A stretch of DNA of 63,018 bases, filler included, from Bigelowiella natans CCMP2755 (Eukaryota; Protista; Cercozoa): assembly GCA_000320545.1 (NCBI GenBank). It is 13 parts of 13 records of this genome, joined end to end, with 100 filler letters (N's around TTAATTAATTAA, not from the genome) between each part and the next. Parts side by side here need not be neighbours in the genome. Positions count along the whole stretch, not along the records: positions 44,757 to 56,382 come from ADNK01002437.1; positions 56,483 to 57,857 come from ADNK01000361.1; positions 57,958 to 59,832 come from ADNK01000377.1; positions 59,933 to 61,762 come from ADNK01000543.1; positions 61,863 to 63,018 come from ADNK01000603.1; 8 more parts are not named here. One strand, written 5' to 3'. The position numbers and the translations under genes were made by a program. The notes beneath the pieces are model-generated. The model was given only the letters and a program-made list of their open reading frames with translations, was not told the DNA's origin and did not search any database. Of this stretch, positions 50,139 to 63,018 are shown piece by piece (within the stretch, counting starts at the first letter, position 1; each line of letters begins with the position of its first letter).

Positions 50139-51012
50139 CATTGTTCATTCCAGTCATTGGCCATTGAAAAAACTTGACCACGTGACCACTTCACTTCGTC
50201 CGTCTCGTTGTTCATTGCTGCTCGAGGATTTAGCCACACATTCAAATGCATGGCTAGATCTAGATGCATGGAGATGGGGCATGTGATTGTTGCAAAAACA
50301 AAAAAAGAGTCATGCAAGCAAGCGCTGTTGCTGCAGCACAGCATTGCCATGTAGCTGCGCTAGCTAGCTAGCTGGGGTGACCACCAGCCATTCTGGCGTT
50401 GGGCAATGAAAACTCATTCACTGCACCCGTCTGGCTATCTCAGAGGCTACCACAGCTCTTTCGCGCAAATCACAGACTTCATGCCTAATTCAATTGCTAC
50501 AAATGGCATTGCGTTGTGACTGCCATGAATTGCACAACTCCGACATTTTCTGTCTACGATACATGCATGCTCGCAGCTTTCAGTCGACGGCTCATTCGTC
50601 ACGCACAGGGTGTACCACGCGGTAGGACGCACATTGTTTGTATAGTTGTGCGGGCATCGGATGCACTAATATCATTATCGACATAACTTTGCCGCTGATG
50701 TATGTAATAAATCGGAAACCTTATCTTCTATCATTAGAACGACAGACTAGGGCATTGTATGAGGCAATCTAGCTAATTTACCAGCTGTTGATCTCAACGA
50801 CTGCTATTGACTCAACCATCCGGAGAAATCGCTCACAATTTGGCCTGTGGTGCCGCCTTCATGACCTGGATTAAGTTTGTGCTTTAAATTCTAACCTACT
50901 CGATTCATCTCCTTCTACCAAAATGACTACTACCACCACTACTACTTCAAACTACTTCTGCTTGATGCTGCTACTACTTCTACTCTGATATACATATCAT
51001 CGACCAAATTAC

Positions 51013-52700
<1,688 letters not shown>

Positions 52701-53232
52701 CGTGTCCGAGATCGTTCTGAATTTGTTAAAATTTCATCATGAAATCGCTTCGTTTAGTCGTATCTTTCATGCAATTATATTGAACGACATCAATGAAATT
52801 CTATTTATGAAGAATACGACGATACAAAAGCCCGGTCACGCTCTGGTCGACGCGACTGTGGACAGTGGAGATCCGATTGCCAGAAACCTGTATTTTTAGT
52901 ATCAGGATTCTTCAGGTAATAACAGAGAAACGGTGATGTCGCTTCTTAAAAATACAATATATTTTTTACATTTGTTCAGTTGTTTCCAGGTACCCCTTCT
53001 TTCTCGAAAGTCGCACCTACATCACGATAAATTGTAGATCTAGATCTAGATCTACCAGAATCGCCTGCATAGTTCACTTCAGAATGAGACATTCTATTGG
53101 AATCTGAAGTACAGATGGAATTTTTACTTACAAATCTAGAGGATTCGTATCAAAGCGACATATATGAACAATTTTTGAATAAATTCACAGCGTTCTCTTA
53201 TAAAGACATCTTATTTTTATTGTCGCATCTTC

Positions 53233-55218
53233 ATGATGTCGACTCATTCGAATCTATCGCCAGACGATGAGGGCCGCCCGTCGTTCTCTCTGGTTGCCCC
53301 CCCGCGCCCGCTTGCTGCGGCCGGTGATGTACTCGACCCAAGTTGGGGTGTTTCCAAGGGATTATGGTCACAGCTACATTCAGAAAGGTATACTGGAGAT
53401 TGTGTATATTGTGTATCTTTTTGGGTGAAGCGGGTGCTGCTTCACCTTGACAAGCACTCAGCATATCCCCCTCTTCTGTAACGGCAAACAGAGGGCACAG
53501 CATACGTCAAGGGACCGAACGTACCCTCTTTAATGGACGACGAGACTGTCTGGAGCGCCTTCGAGAAAACCGGTCGGCGCGGAAGTCGCCCCAAACGGCT
53601 ACATACACATTACTTGATGTCAGATTTTCACATTTATCTTACCACCCACCTAGTCGGCACGTTTCCCGGGAGAGACGCACTACGAGTGTGCAATGGAGAG
53701 GAGATAATGGTCTGATTTTCCCTCGCAGATTAGCGCATCAGCTTGGAGCTAGTAATAGATGGACGCGATTGTTTCTGTTTTGACAACATACGATTGGCTT
53801 TCTTCTGCGCGGTTTATGTAGAATACTGACCGATATACGGACATGTTGTACCCATTGCTCTTATTTACGGTGGCAATACAACATCCATATAGGAAACGTT
53901 TACTTATTCTGAGCTCCATGCCAGCGCCAATCTAGTAGCTCACGGGTCATCAAAACTCGATACGCAAACCCTGCGAGCGATCGAATAATGCATGCGCCGA
54001 ATGGCTAATACCCGTCATCAGTTAGTTGCAAAATACTTTTCCTCTCTTGGTGTAATGAGGGTGACGGAAAGTTGCGTCTAGTGAGGGACACGGAAGAATG
54101 ATCGCCAAACCGTGCTCGTGGCAATCATCAATTCTATTGTTTTTAATCTGCACCGTAGGCTCGCAGCGCAAGGTCTTGCAAAAGGAGATCGACTTGGGGT
54201 AGTAATACGTATTGATACATCCCCTTCGGCCCCTTTCCCCCCCCCCCCCCCCCCCAGTTCCTTATTCCTATGTGACGCATTCTTCTGCCTTGAAGGTTTG
54301 GCTGCCGAACACGTCGGAATGGCTTATTCTCCAGCTTGCCACCGCGAAAATAGGGGTCATCCTTGTCAACGTCAACCCCGGTAACATCATCACAATCCTC
54401 CGCTGCTTTTCACTATTCACAGTGTGAATGAATGCATCATAGAGTGATACTCAGCGAAGCAGAGAGCGGCAGAAGTATTAAACGTGGTATATATGTATAT
54501 ATACTTATTTATTTATTTATGTCAGCTTATAGGACAATGGAGCTCGAGCATGCGTTGAATCTTGTCGGATGCAAGGCGCTGGTACAACCTTCATTGCTAT
54601 CATTCATGCCATGCTCGCACGTTCCGAAGGGCACCAGAAAGTAGAAGTGATCGTGTGGTTTAGCGTTGTCATCGCAAATGGAGATGACCTCCCTCCGTGT
54701 TCTTTACATGACGAATAGGTCATTACGCCTACGTTAGCTTCGAGCGATTACATATCGCTCTTAAATGAGCTGATGCCAGAAATTGCCTCTTCGAGGCCAG
54801 GTGAGAGTGCTTGCGAAGTGCTTTGCTCACACTGTCTGTCGCAACAACAACAATAACAACTACAACAACAATGATTATTCAAACAATGCAAGACCGCAAA
54901 CACGATCACCTTTTCAATGAAAAAGCTTTACGATTTTTTGCCGACTGTGGGATCTAGAAGGAAGAGGCTACCGAAATGAGCTCGGCGCCCTCTCAATACT
55001 ATTATCATTTGTTGAAGTAAAACAAGCGTGAGTTGAGTATGGGCTGTGCGAGTTAGGTCAAACGCAAAGCCAAAGGGTTCCGTCGCTCAGGCTCGTTGTG
55101 AACATCGGAGAGGAAGAGTAAATAGCATGCGAACAAGCACTCTGAAAATCCAGAACCAGCGCGCTTCTACTTGCACTTTGATGCATATTGAGTATACGTG
55201 CAGGGTGGATGTGTGTGT

Positions 55219-55259
<41 letters not shown>

Positions 55260-56053
55260 TGTGTTCAAGTACATGCTTAAACCCTTCAATCTGCATTTCT
55301 GAGCCGTGATTCATCAATACCTGCAGGCATGATGGAATCCTCAACTTCCGTGAGCTGCTCACTCCAAATCCAAAGGCAAACCGCTATCCCCTCACCAACA
55401 CCGACCTCGTATCAATCACGAAATCGCCATCTGGCCGCGAACCCTAAGTTCAAAACAAAAAATAGAAAAGCCGCTCAGGCGCGTTTTTCCTCTTTTGCTG
55501 TGCAATCTCGCAGCTGCAATGACATACGGCTCGAAACCACCCAACGCAGATCTAACGATGCTGCGACGAGAAAAAAATTCATTCCTTTGTTTTTCAGTTT
55601 TGCCTTTGAATTTGGAGTTGCGCGCGCTCATTCAATCAAATCAGACGAACTCGTTATGCGACCCGCACACATTGCATTTTCCAGGCGGAGGAGAGAAAAG
55701 GAGATACCGCTACTTTGGCGCCTCACGAGGCCATCAACATTCAATTCACTAGCGGCACTACAGGTCAACCGAAAAGCGAAACCGCGCGCATTTTCGCCGT
55801 AAAACGATGAAAAGTATTTAGGTATTTGGTTGTGTTAAAGCATAAATTGATATTTATATATATACCGCTAACACACATATATGCATAATGCAAATAGGCG
55901 CTCCCAAGGGGGCTACGCTGACTCATCACAACATCGTAAACAATGGATACCTCATCGGCGAGGCTCAGATTCTCACCGAAACCGACTCGGTAGCGTGAGC
56001 ATCGTAACACCAATCATCACACAAAATATATTCTATAATATCATAATCATATG

Positions 56054-56118
<65 letters not shown>

Positions 56119-56238
56119 TAATATCGATAAAGCTTGTATTCGTAATCCCAATAATCTCACCGGGTCACCATGATGAACAAATAACGGTCAGATATGCATT
56201 CCGGTGCCCCTCTACATTGCTTTTGGGATGGTCTTGGG
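53233..56238 (+). CDS. ACSF2: AMP-dependent acyl-CoA synthetase, ACSF2-like, N-terminal half; truncated by linker
   Basis: Exons [72 protein letters not shown]-binding [41 protein letters not shown]. Confidence 0.92.
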
Positions 56239-56819
56239 GTGAGCAAAGCGAGCGCGAGCGTGTGTGTGTGTGTTTTATACGTCCGGATAGAAAATTGACT
56301 TCTATATATATATATATGTATACACACACACACACATACACATACATATATATCTTTTTTCGTATAATGCGCGCGCGCGCGCNNNNNNNNNNNNNNNNNN
56401 NNNNNNNNNNNNNNNNNNNNNNNNNNTTAATTAATTAANNNNNNNNNNNNNNNNNNNNNNNNNNNNNNNNNNNNNNNNNNNNGCAACATTTTTCACAGTG
56501 ACGATGCAGTCGATCTCACAGATACCGAGTATAGAGATTCCACCATATTTAAATATAATTAGTTATTAACATCAAGAAAGTTTGTATAGTTTGTTTTGTG
56601 TTCTCCTCGATCAGTCAGAGAGAATTTGTCGTAGTGGCTTCACATAGAGGCGAAGTATGAAGAATTTTAAGCAGAAGTAAATAAAGCGTTTATCGGCAGG
56701 TTAAAAGAAAATATTAGTTCCCATAGAGAAACTTTCTCTTATCAAATTTAGAAGCATAAGCTGACCACGCTCCCTAGGGGGGGGGGGTGCACATCAGCGG
56801 TGCAATGATGAAATAATAC

Positions 56820-57564
56820 CCCCGGATGTGAGACTGAAGTCGCTCGCGATCTTAATGTCGTCCACAGTCGCCGTGTTCAGATCGAGCTTGTGAATGGTGT
56901 CCAAGGAGGTTATCACCTGTTGGCAGGGCCACGCAGCAGCGCAGGGTGGGAAGAGAATACCATGTCAGACAGAGAGAGAGAGCCATCATCAATCGAGTTA
57001 GGTGTAGGATTCGCTTGCGGACCTGCTCTGGCGTGCACGAGTCGATGAGCGGCTCCGTGAGCGATCCCTGGAGAAGGCAAAGATCATCATACACCGCACG
57101 CCAACGAGGATTGTATGCGGTGAGCTGTGCGCCGGGCATTTGTACTACGTGTTGCGTAGGCACACTCACCCTCACACTCACACTCACACTCACATTACGC
57201 TCGCACAGGGCGTGCAGGGTACACGCTTATTTGTGCATTAGTGATATTAGGGAAAGCATTCCAGATTTGGAAGGGGAATCATCAGCCGGTTGGTAGGTCA
57301 CACGTGCGGTACAATCGTCGGGGAAAAGGGAAAGATCTAGTGAATCTCCCCCTCCTCCTCCTCCTCCTCCTCTTCTCTCTCTCTCTCTCTCTCTACTCAC
57401 GCACAACAACATTGATCATCATCATCACCATGATTCTCATCATTCGTCGCTGCTCGCGGTACTAGCTAGTAGCATCAGCATCAGCACCTCTTTCATACAC
57501 GACATGTTGAAGCCGTAAACATTGTCCCAGAAATCTATACGTTGCTCCTTGTAGTCGGCGTCCT
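56820..57564 (-). CDS. Type I protein arginine methyltransferase (PRMT1/PRMT3-like), internal fragment
   Basis: EDADYKEQRIDFWDNVYGFNMSCMKE/GSLTEPLIDSCTPEQ/VITSLDTIHKLDLNTATVDDIKIASDFSLTS matches PRMT1/3 WxNVYGFxMSC..EPLVD..DL.T..DL.F.S.F.L. Confidence 0.85.
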
Positions 57565-57661
57565 CTATCCCGCAAATATACATCTGGAGGAGGAGGAGGA
57601 GGAAGAGGGGGAGGAGGAAGAGGAGGAAGAAGACATGATGAAGAAGTAGCAGGCACTATTA

Positions 57662-57695
<34 letters not shown>

Positions 57696-58266
57696 CGAAC
57701 GCAATGCATCTCAAAGGCGTGCGCCCGCTTCACTGTAGCATTTTGCCATCGTGCATCGTAGCTTTCAATCCGTCGTCGTCGTCATCATCATTATCATCAT
57801 CATTCTGAAAAACTTATTGCTCCTTTTCTTCCTCCCCTCCCCCCTCCCCCCTCCTCCNNNNNNNNNNNNNNNNNNNNNNNNNNNNNNNNNNNNNNNNNNN
57901 NTTAATTAATTAANNNNNNNNNNNNNNNNNNNNNNNNNNNNNNNNNNNNNNNNNNNNCAAAAGTGAGAAGAAAAAAGAAGTAAAAAGGGGGGGGGGAGGG
58001 GGAAAATTGAAATATAAAGAAAATTTCTTTTGTTTTTCTTGGACGCCTCCCCCCCCTCCAGGAGGAGAATAAGGGTAATAATTATAATCACCCCTCCCCC
58101 CCCCCCCCCCCTTTGTTCCTGGAAAAATTTTATGTGTTGGTTTTCCCCCATATGGGGGAAAAAAAATTGGTAGAAAAAGTTTGGGAGGAAATTTCCCCCC
58201 CCAAAGAAAAAGAGAAAAAGAGAAAGGGGGGGGGGGGGGCAGATAGTCGTACTACTTAAACTTCTG

Positions 58267-58302
<36 letters not shown>

Positions 58303-59578
58303 GATTTTCATCAATCTTCCACTCACTCCTTGCTCCTCTCTATCTTTTCTATGCGTGCACACACCTGCTCGTATCTATACATGGGGCAGAGCGCGTCCAA
58401 CGCAGTCGAGAAGAGGGATCTTGGGCCCCTGCAGAAAGGGGACAAAGCACAGAACACATTAGATGTAGTAGTCGTACCGTTGCTTGTTTGCTTCAATATA
58501 CGATGTATTTTTTTCCAGGACTCATGGAATCGAGGCAGATCCCAACAGATTGCATCAAAACACTATCAGCTATTTCTCCTCATTCTGCTCCCCCCCGCCC
58601 CCCGCCCCCCGCCCCCCGCTCCCCCCCCCCAACCATCATCGCCCGGGTTGTCGTCTTACTTGGACAGCATGCGTATCCGAGACTCGCTCTAATGGGATGA
58701 AAACATTAGTCGTATGAGGAGATAATGATGATGATGATGATGATGATGTTGGTGTTGTTGATGATGATTACGAGAATGATGTTTCCGTGCGTGTGTTAGA
58801 TAGAGCGTGTTGCTTGTTTCATGATGGATGTATATACAGCGAAAAACCACTGCCCACCGGTGATTTTGTGAGCTTTCTCTCCAGCCCCCCTGCAGCTGCT
58901 AACGGATCGCCGAGTACACACAGAAAGAAAGAAAGAAAGAAAGAAAGGGCGGAAAAGAGGGGGGGTGGGGGGGGCATTCAGCATTACAAGTGCATAGTCA
59001 TCCTAAAGTAATATCACAACTAGAGAAAGAGGCTCCAACGCCCTCCTACGTGCGATCTCGAAGAACCCCAAACCTCTCCCCCTCCCCATCTTATATTATC
59101 ATCCGCAGCACTACCCCCCCCCACCCCCATCACCAAAATGCTCTCATTCCCAGCGCCTACCTGTCCTGGGGGAACGGTTGTTGGCTGTTTGAGTCGACAC
59201 GAACCGCTGGAACGCTCTAATAACAACAACAACAACCAGAAGAGCATCAACAACCAAAGAGTATTATGACGATGACGACGACGAATGATAATGATGATGA
59301 TGTTAATGATGATGATGATTAAGACGACTACGATGATCTTGGATTCGATTTCTTCATCCAATCAATGCTCCTGCAGCTGCTGCTACAGCACCACCACCAA
59401 CAACAACTACCAAAACTATTACTTTTACTGCTATTCGTTCTACTAACACACCCGTGCTGCTCTGAGTCCGATTGCTCGCTCGCCGCCTGCAGATGGCGCC
59501 CAACGGCAGCAGCAGCAGAGGACCAAAGCACACGTCCGTTAAGTGAACGATGATTAAGACGATGATTACTATTACTAC

Positions 59579-59611
<33 letters not shown>

Positions 59612-59984
59612 AATGCTCGGGCTCTCCCTCCTGGCACTACTACTCGCATTGTTTTGCGTGCCGTACGAGGCTGGGAAATCATGGCCAATACACCACTACG
59701 CCTGATGGCACGAGGACTGTTGTTTGTGTTGTACTCGGGTTATTATTCTTCATCATTACCACGGAGGTATCTCTGCTTTCGATGCGCGATCTGGCAGGAG
59801 TTGACTGATTCTATGGGGGGGGGGGGGGGGGGNNNNNNNNNNNNNNNNNNNNNNNNNNNNNNNNNNNNNNNNNNNNTTAATTAATTAANNNNNNNNNNNN
59901 NNNNNNNNNNNNNNNNNNNNNNNNNNNNNNNNGTTTTTTTTTCCTTTCTTTCCCTTCTTTCTTCTTTGTTATTGTTCTTATACA

Positions 59985-60347
59985 GGGGGGAGATGAGGAA
60001 GATCTTGAGGCGGCATAAACGGTCTGTTCGGTTGAAACGACTATCATATGCTGCATTTGGTATCCCCAAAAGAAGACCCAAAAAAGCTCTACCGTCACAT
60101 ACCCCCTACATAACTGAGTCTGATGATTGTGGTGAAGAGACTTTTTGAAAGAAGACTGATGGGTGATGCTCCTTCTTTTGGATCGGAAGATGATGACGAC
60201 GATGACGATGATGACGATGAAGATGATCAGAATGATGAGAATGATGAAGACGATAATGGAGTTGGTCAGGATTCCAATCAAGACAGCGAGGAGGAGATTC
60301 AAAATACCCGCAAAGATGATTATAGTGACGACGAGCCAGCAAGTTGA
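59985..60347 (+). CDS. Possible basic and acidic terminal exons of an unidentified gene
   Basis: MRKILRRHKRSVRLKRL.. followed by GSEDDDDDDDDDDEDDQNDENDEDD..DDEPAS-stop. Confidence 0.3.
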
Positions 60348-60639
60348 GGATACTCTTGTTTGTAATAATGATAACGACAATAGATTAGGTTGTTGCCAAA
60401 ATTGCTGATCCATCATTGAAGAAGCTATTATAAGGTTAGCTGATGGATCTGATGAGAAAATGTCTTTTTATTGAATAATGAAAATGGTATGTGACGCAAC
60501 AAGTTCTAGATATCGATTTCTGCATGTTTACAAAATGAAAGAAATCATTGTCAAAAACCATTAACGAAATAATTACTTGCTCGAACCTGCTTGCAGCTGG
60601 CTGGCTGATGTGGGCACTTTCGCGCATAGTTTTTACGTG

Positions 60640-61029
60640 TTGCTTGCGATTGTGACACATTTTGTGCATGTGGAATGTGCTGCATGGATGCACATCTAGA
60701 CATGCATGTGCATGTGTCCGTGAACAACAAGCTAGCATGCAAAGTGTGAAATTACCAGCGCAAGGCAAGCATCGCTGCAGCGCATCACGCAGATCTAGCT
60801 AGAGATGTGGAGATGTCGATCTGGAGCGCATGCGTGCGGAACTACACACCTGCAAGCGCAAGTCGATTGCGACACGCACTTGCCTGCTAGCCTGCTAGCC
60901 CATCTAGCCATGCGCGCTGTCCAGCTGTGGCGGTGAAGTGAAGAACGACGCTGCAATGTGCAAGCTGGCAAGTTTGTTGCAAGTCTGGAAATGCACGCGT
61001 GCAAGTCACAGCTGATCACCAATGATGGA
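60640..61029. other. TpA-depleted, CTAG-enriched island flanking LTR copy 3
   Basis: 9 TA in about 390 nt, 7 of them CTAG; TA density rises leftwards toward 60420. Confidence 0.8.
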
Positions 61030-61762
61030 TGTAGCGCGTACCACTACGCGGGCACAAGTCACGTGCGACAACAAAGGGGTTGTCGCGGATATAGAATATA
61101 GATAACGTAGATATTAATACAGCATAGGCACGTGGGTTCCGGCGGGACTCATGGCAGCACACCGGAAGTGTGCTGCCCCACGTGCGGCGGCATTCGCGAA
61201 AGCTTCGCGAATGATTACGCAGTGCACGATTTTAATAAAAATATAATCTTTAATAAAAATAAACACACCTCTTCAAAAGGAAGCAAACGTGCCTTTCCCC
61301 CCCCCTGCCTACTTGTGCACGTAGGGCCTCGGCCTGTGAACACCTTAGGCGCAACAACCTTTGGCTTCCACACACGGAAAACGATTTGACTAACAAGGGA
61401 CAGCAGCTAGAAGACAGCGGACTTTGGCTCGCAGGCCGGGCAAGGGCCGAGCAGAAACAGGAAAGAAGGCCACCGAAACGACAAGCTCAATGGCTAGCTA
61501 TAATAAAGCAAGCCATGGACCTTTACCAGACAGGCAGGACCCGGATCAGGCAGCTAGAGAAAATACACACTACAGGTTAGTGGGCTACGAGACGTTTGAG
61601 GCGATAATGAAGGCTTTTGTAAATGAACGGGATGCTAACTCCCCTACCCCCAGGCTATTAGAAAATACAGAGCAATGATGCAGCATGGAGAGAGAACCTG
61701 TTAGAGACTTTGCCACGCGGTTTCCCGGATATGACCGACGACTACCTGATTTTAATTACCAC
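61030..61762 (+). mobile_element. Young Ty3/gypsy family, copy 3: 5' LTR plus internally deleted gag start; truncated by linker
   Basis: LTR 61030-61356, PBS TGG at 61362; gag jumps from ..CAGGAAAG(A)AGG to ..CACCGAAA(A)CGACAAG, about 500 nt missing relative to copies 1 and 2. Confidence 0.92.
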
Positions 61763-62345
61763 NNNNNNNNNNNNNNNNNNNNNNNNNNNNNNNNNNNNNN
61801 NNNNNNTTAATTAATTAANNNNNNNNNNNNNNNNNNNNNNNNNNNNNNNNNNNNNNNNNNNNCACGCTTTCCTACCCTCTCTTCCTCTTCATCATTTGCC
61901 CCTAACCAGAAACAAAGGTTTACTATCCTTGGCAGGCTGCCTACCGCCCCCACCCTCCCCCAAATTCCTCTGCCCAAACCGCCGAGGACGAAGCCGACAG
62001 GGGGGGTACGTGGGGGGGGGAGGGAGAAGTTTAAGGAGAACCTTTAATGACATCGCTATTGAACACACAGAACTCGTCGAGCCGACTCACTGAGCGACAG
62101 GAAAGGAAGCTTTCTAGCTGCTGCCCCCTCCTCCTCCTCCCCCTCCTCACCCTCACCCTCACCCTCCTCCTCCTCCTCCTCCTCGGCCTCCTCCTCGGCG
62201 ATAAGAGAGGGCGTTATCCGGCAGGAGCTCGACCGACAGTATTTGACTGTGTTAAAGGCAATACAGAAGAGACGCAGTAGCCGCCGTCCACTATAATTAC
62301 GTCATCATCATTTTGATAATAGTAAGGGTCACAATCGCCATCATT

Positions 62346-62381
<36 letters not shown>

Positions 62382-62538
62382 GGGGTCGCAAGCATCATGT
62401 ATCTCTATCTCCCCACCCCCCTCCCCTTCTCCCTCCGTACTGTTCCCTCACAACGTGTCACAGGAGATTAGGTTCAGCTCAAAGAGCAAGTTCTCGGCGC
62501 GTCGGGTGGCTTTCAAAAAGGAGCACTATCTGCAAGTG

Positions 62539-62572
<34 letters not shown>

Positions 62573-62652
62573 ACACGTCGTCGCCACCACCATTTTTCTC
62601 CTTCTATATAATCCTTTCCTTTTCTCTCTACACTCCCCACCCACCCCGCCCT

Positions 62653-62691
<39 letters not shown>

Positions 62692-63018
62692 CTTGATTTT
62701 CCCCAGCGCCTCCACGATTCGGCCTTCCGCTACTTCACGGTATCAGCAGCAAAGGACTCAAAGCAACAAATGATGCAGGGTGCATATAAGGCCGCCTCTG
62801 GCAATAGGAATGGTGGTGGGAGATGCACCGACAACACGATTAGCGATCATGCCATCTCCCATTATAAGGGTAGTTGTAGCAGCAGCAGCAGCAGCCCCGT
62901 GTATATTTGTCTGTATGTGTGTGTGGGGGTGTGTGATTGGTTTGTTGGCTATGTGAATAGCATCCTCATCCGTCACCGTTTATCGTTTCTTCCTCCTTCC
63001 ACACAACACCCCCGCACA

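Noticed and set aside
47832-50220. CpG deamination as the source of TG/CA excess
   Set aside because: CpG is still abundant, TpA is what is missing, and homologous positions in the young family are TA.
47832-50220. Decay of ApT 6mA, or ADAR editing, as the mechanism
   Set aside because: ApT is retained. Changes occur on both strands and in non-TE flanks, and TAG (ADAR's preferred context) is the spared one.

Overview
Eukaryotic nuclear DNA made of 13 contigs joined by twelve identical 100-nt artificial linkers (44 N + TTAATTAATTAA + 44 N), so adjacency across linkers is not trustworthy. A bipartite signal+transit presequence on a nuclear rps16, short GT-AG introns and microsatellite-packed introns suggest a chlorarachniophyte-like alga (inference). 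Recognisable genes: TPR protein, RhoGEF (DH), SCC2/NIPBL with an inserted PHD finger, archaemetzincin, an ASCC3-like helicase fragment, an LCAT-family sterol acyltransferase fragment, an SMYD-like SET protein, plastid-targeted rps16, an ABCA fragment, SCP2, ACSF2-like acyl-CoA synthetase and a PRMT fragment. There are three near-identical copies of a young Ty3/gypsy LTR retrotransposon and one older 2.1-kb relative. Main discovery: repeat-associated islands in which TpA has been almost completely converted to TpG/CpA (A:T to G:C on both strands), sparing CTAG. This looks like a 'reverse RIP' genome-defence or hypermutation process. Evidence: the old element versus its young relative, reciprocal CA/TG differences between sister LTRs, a fossil (TA)19 microsatellite, and CTAG accumulation in at least five other islands. 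All counts are by hand.
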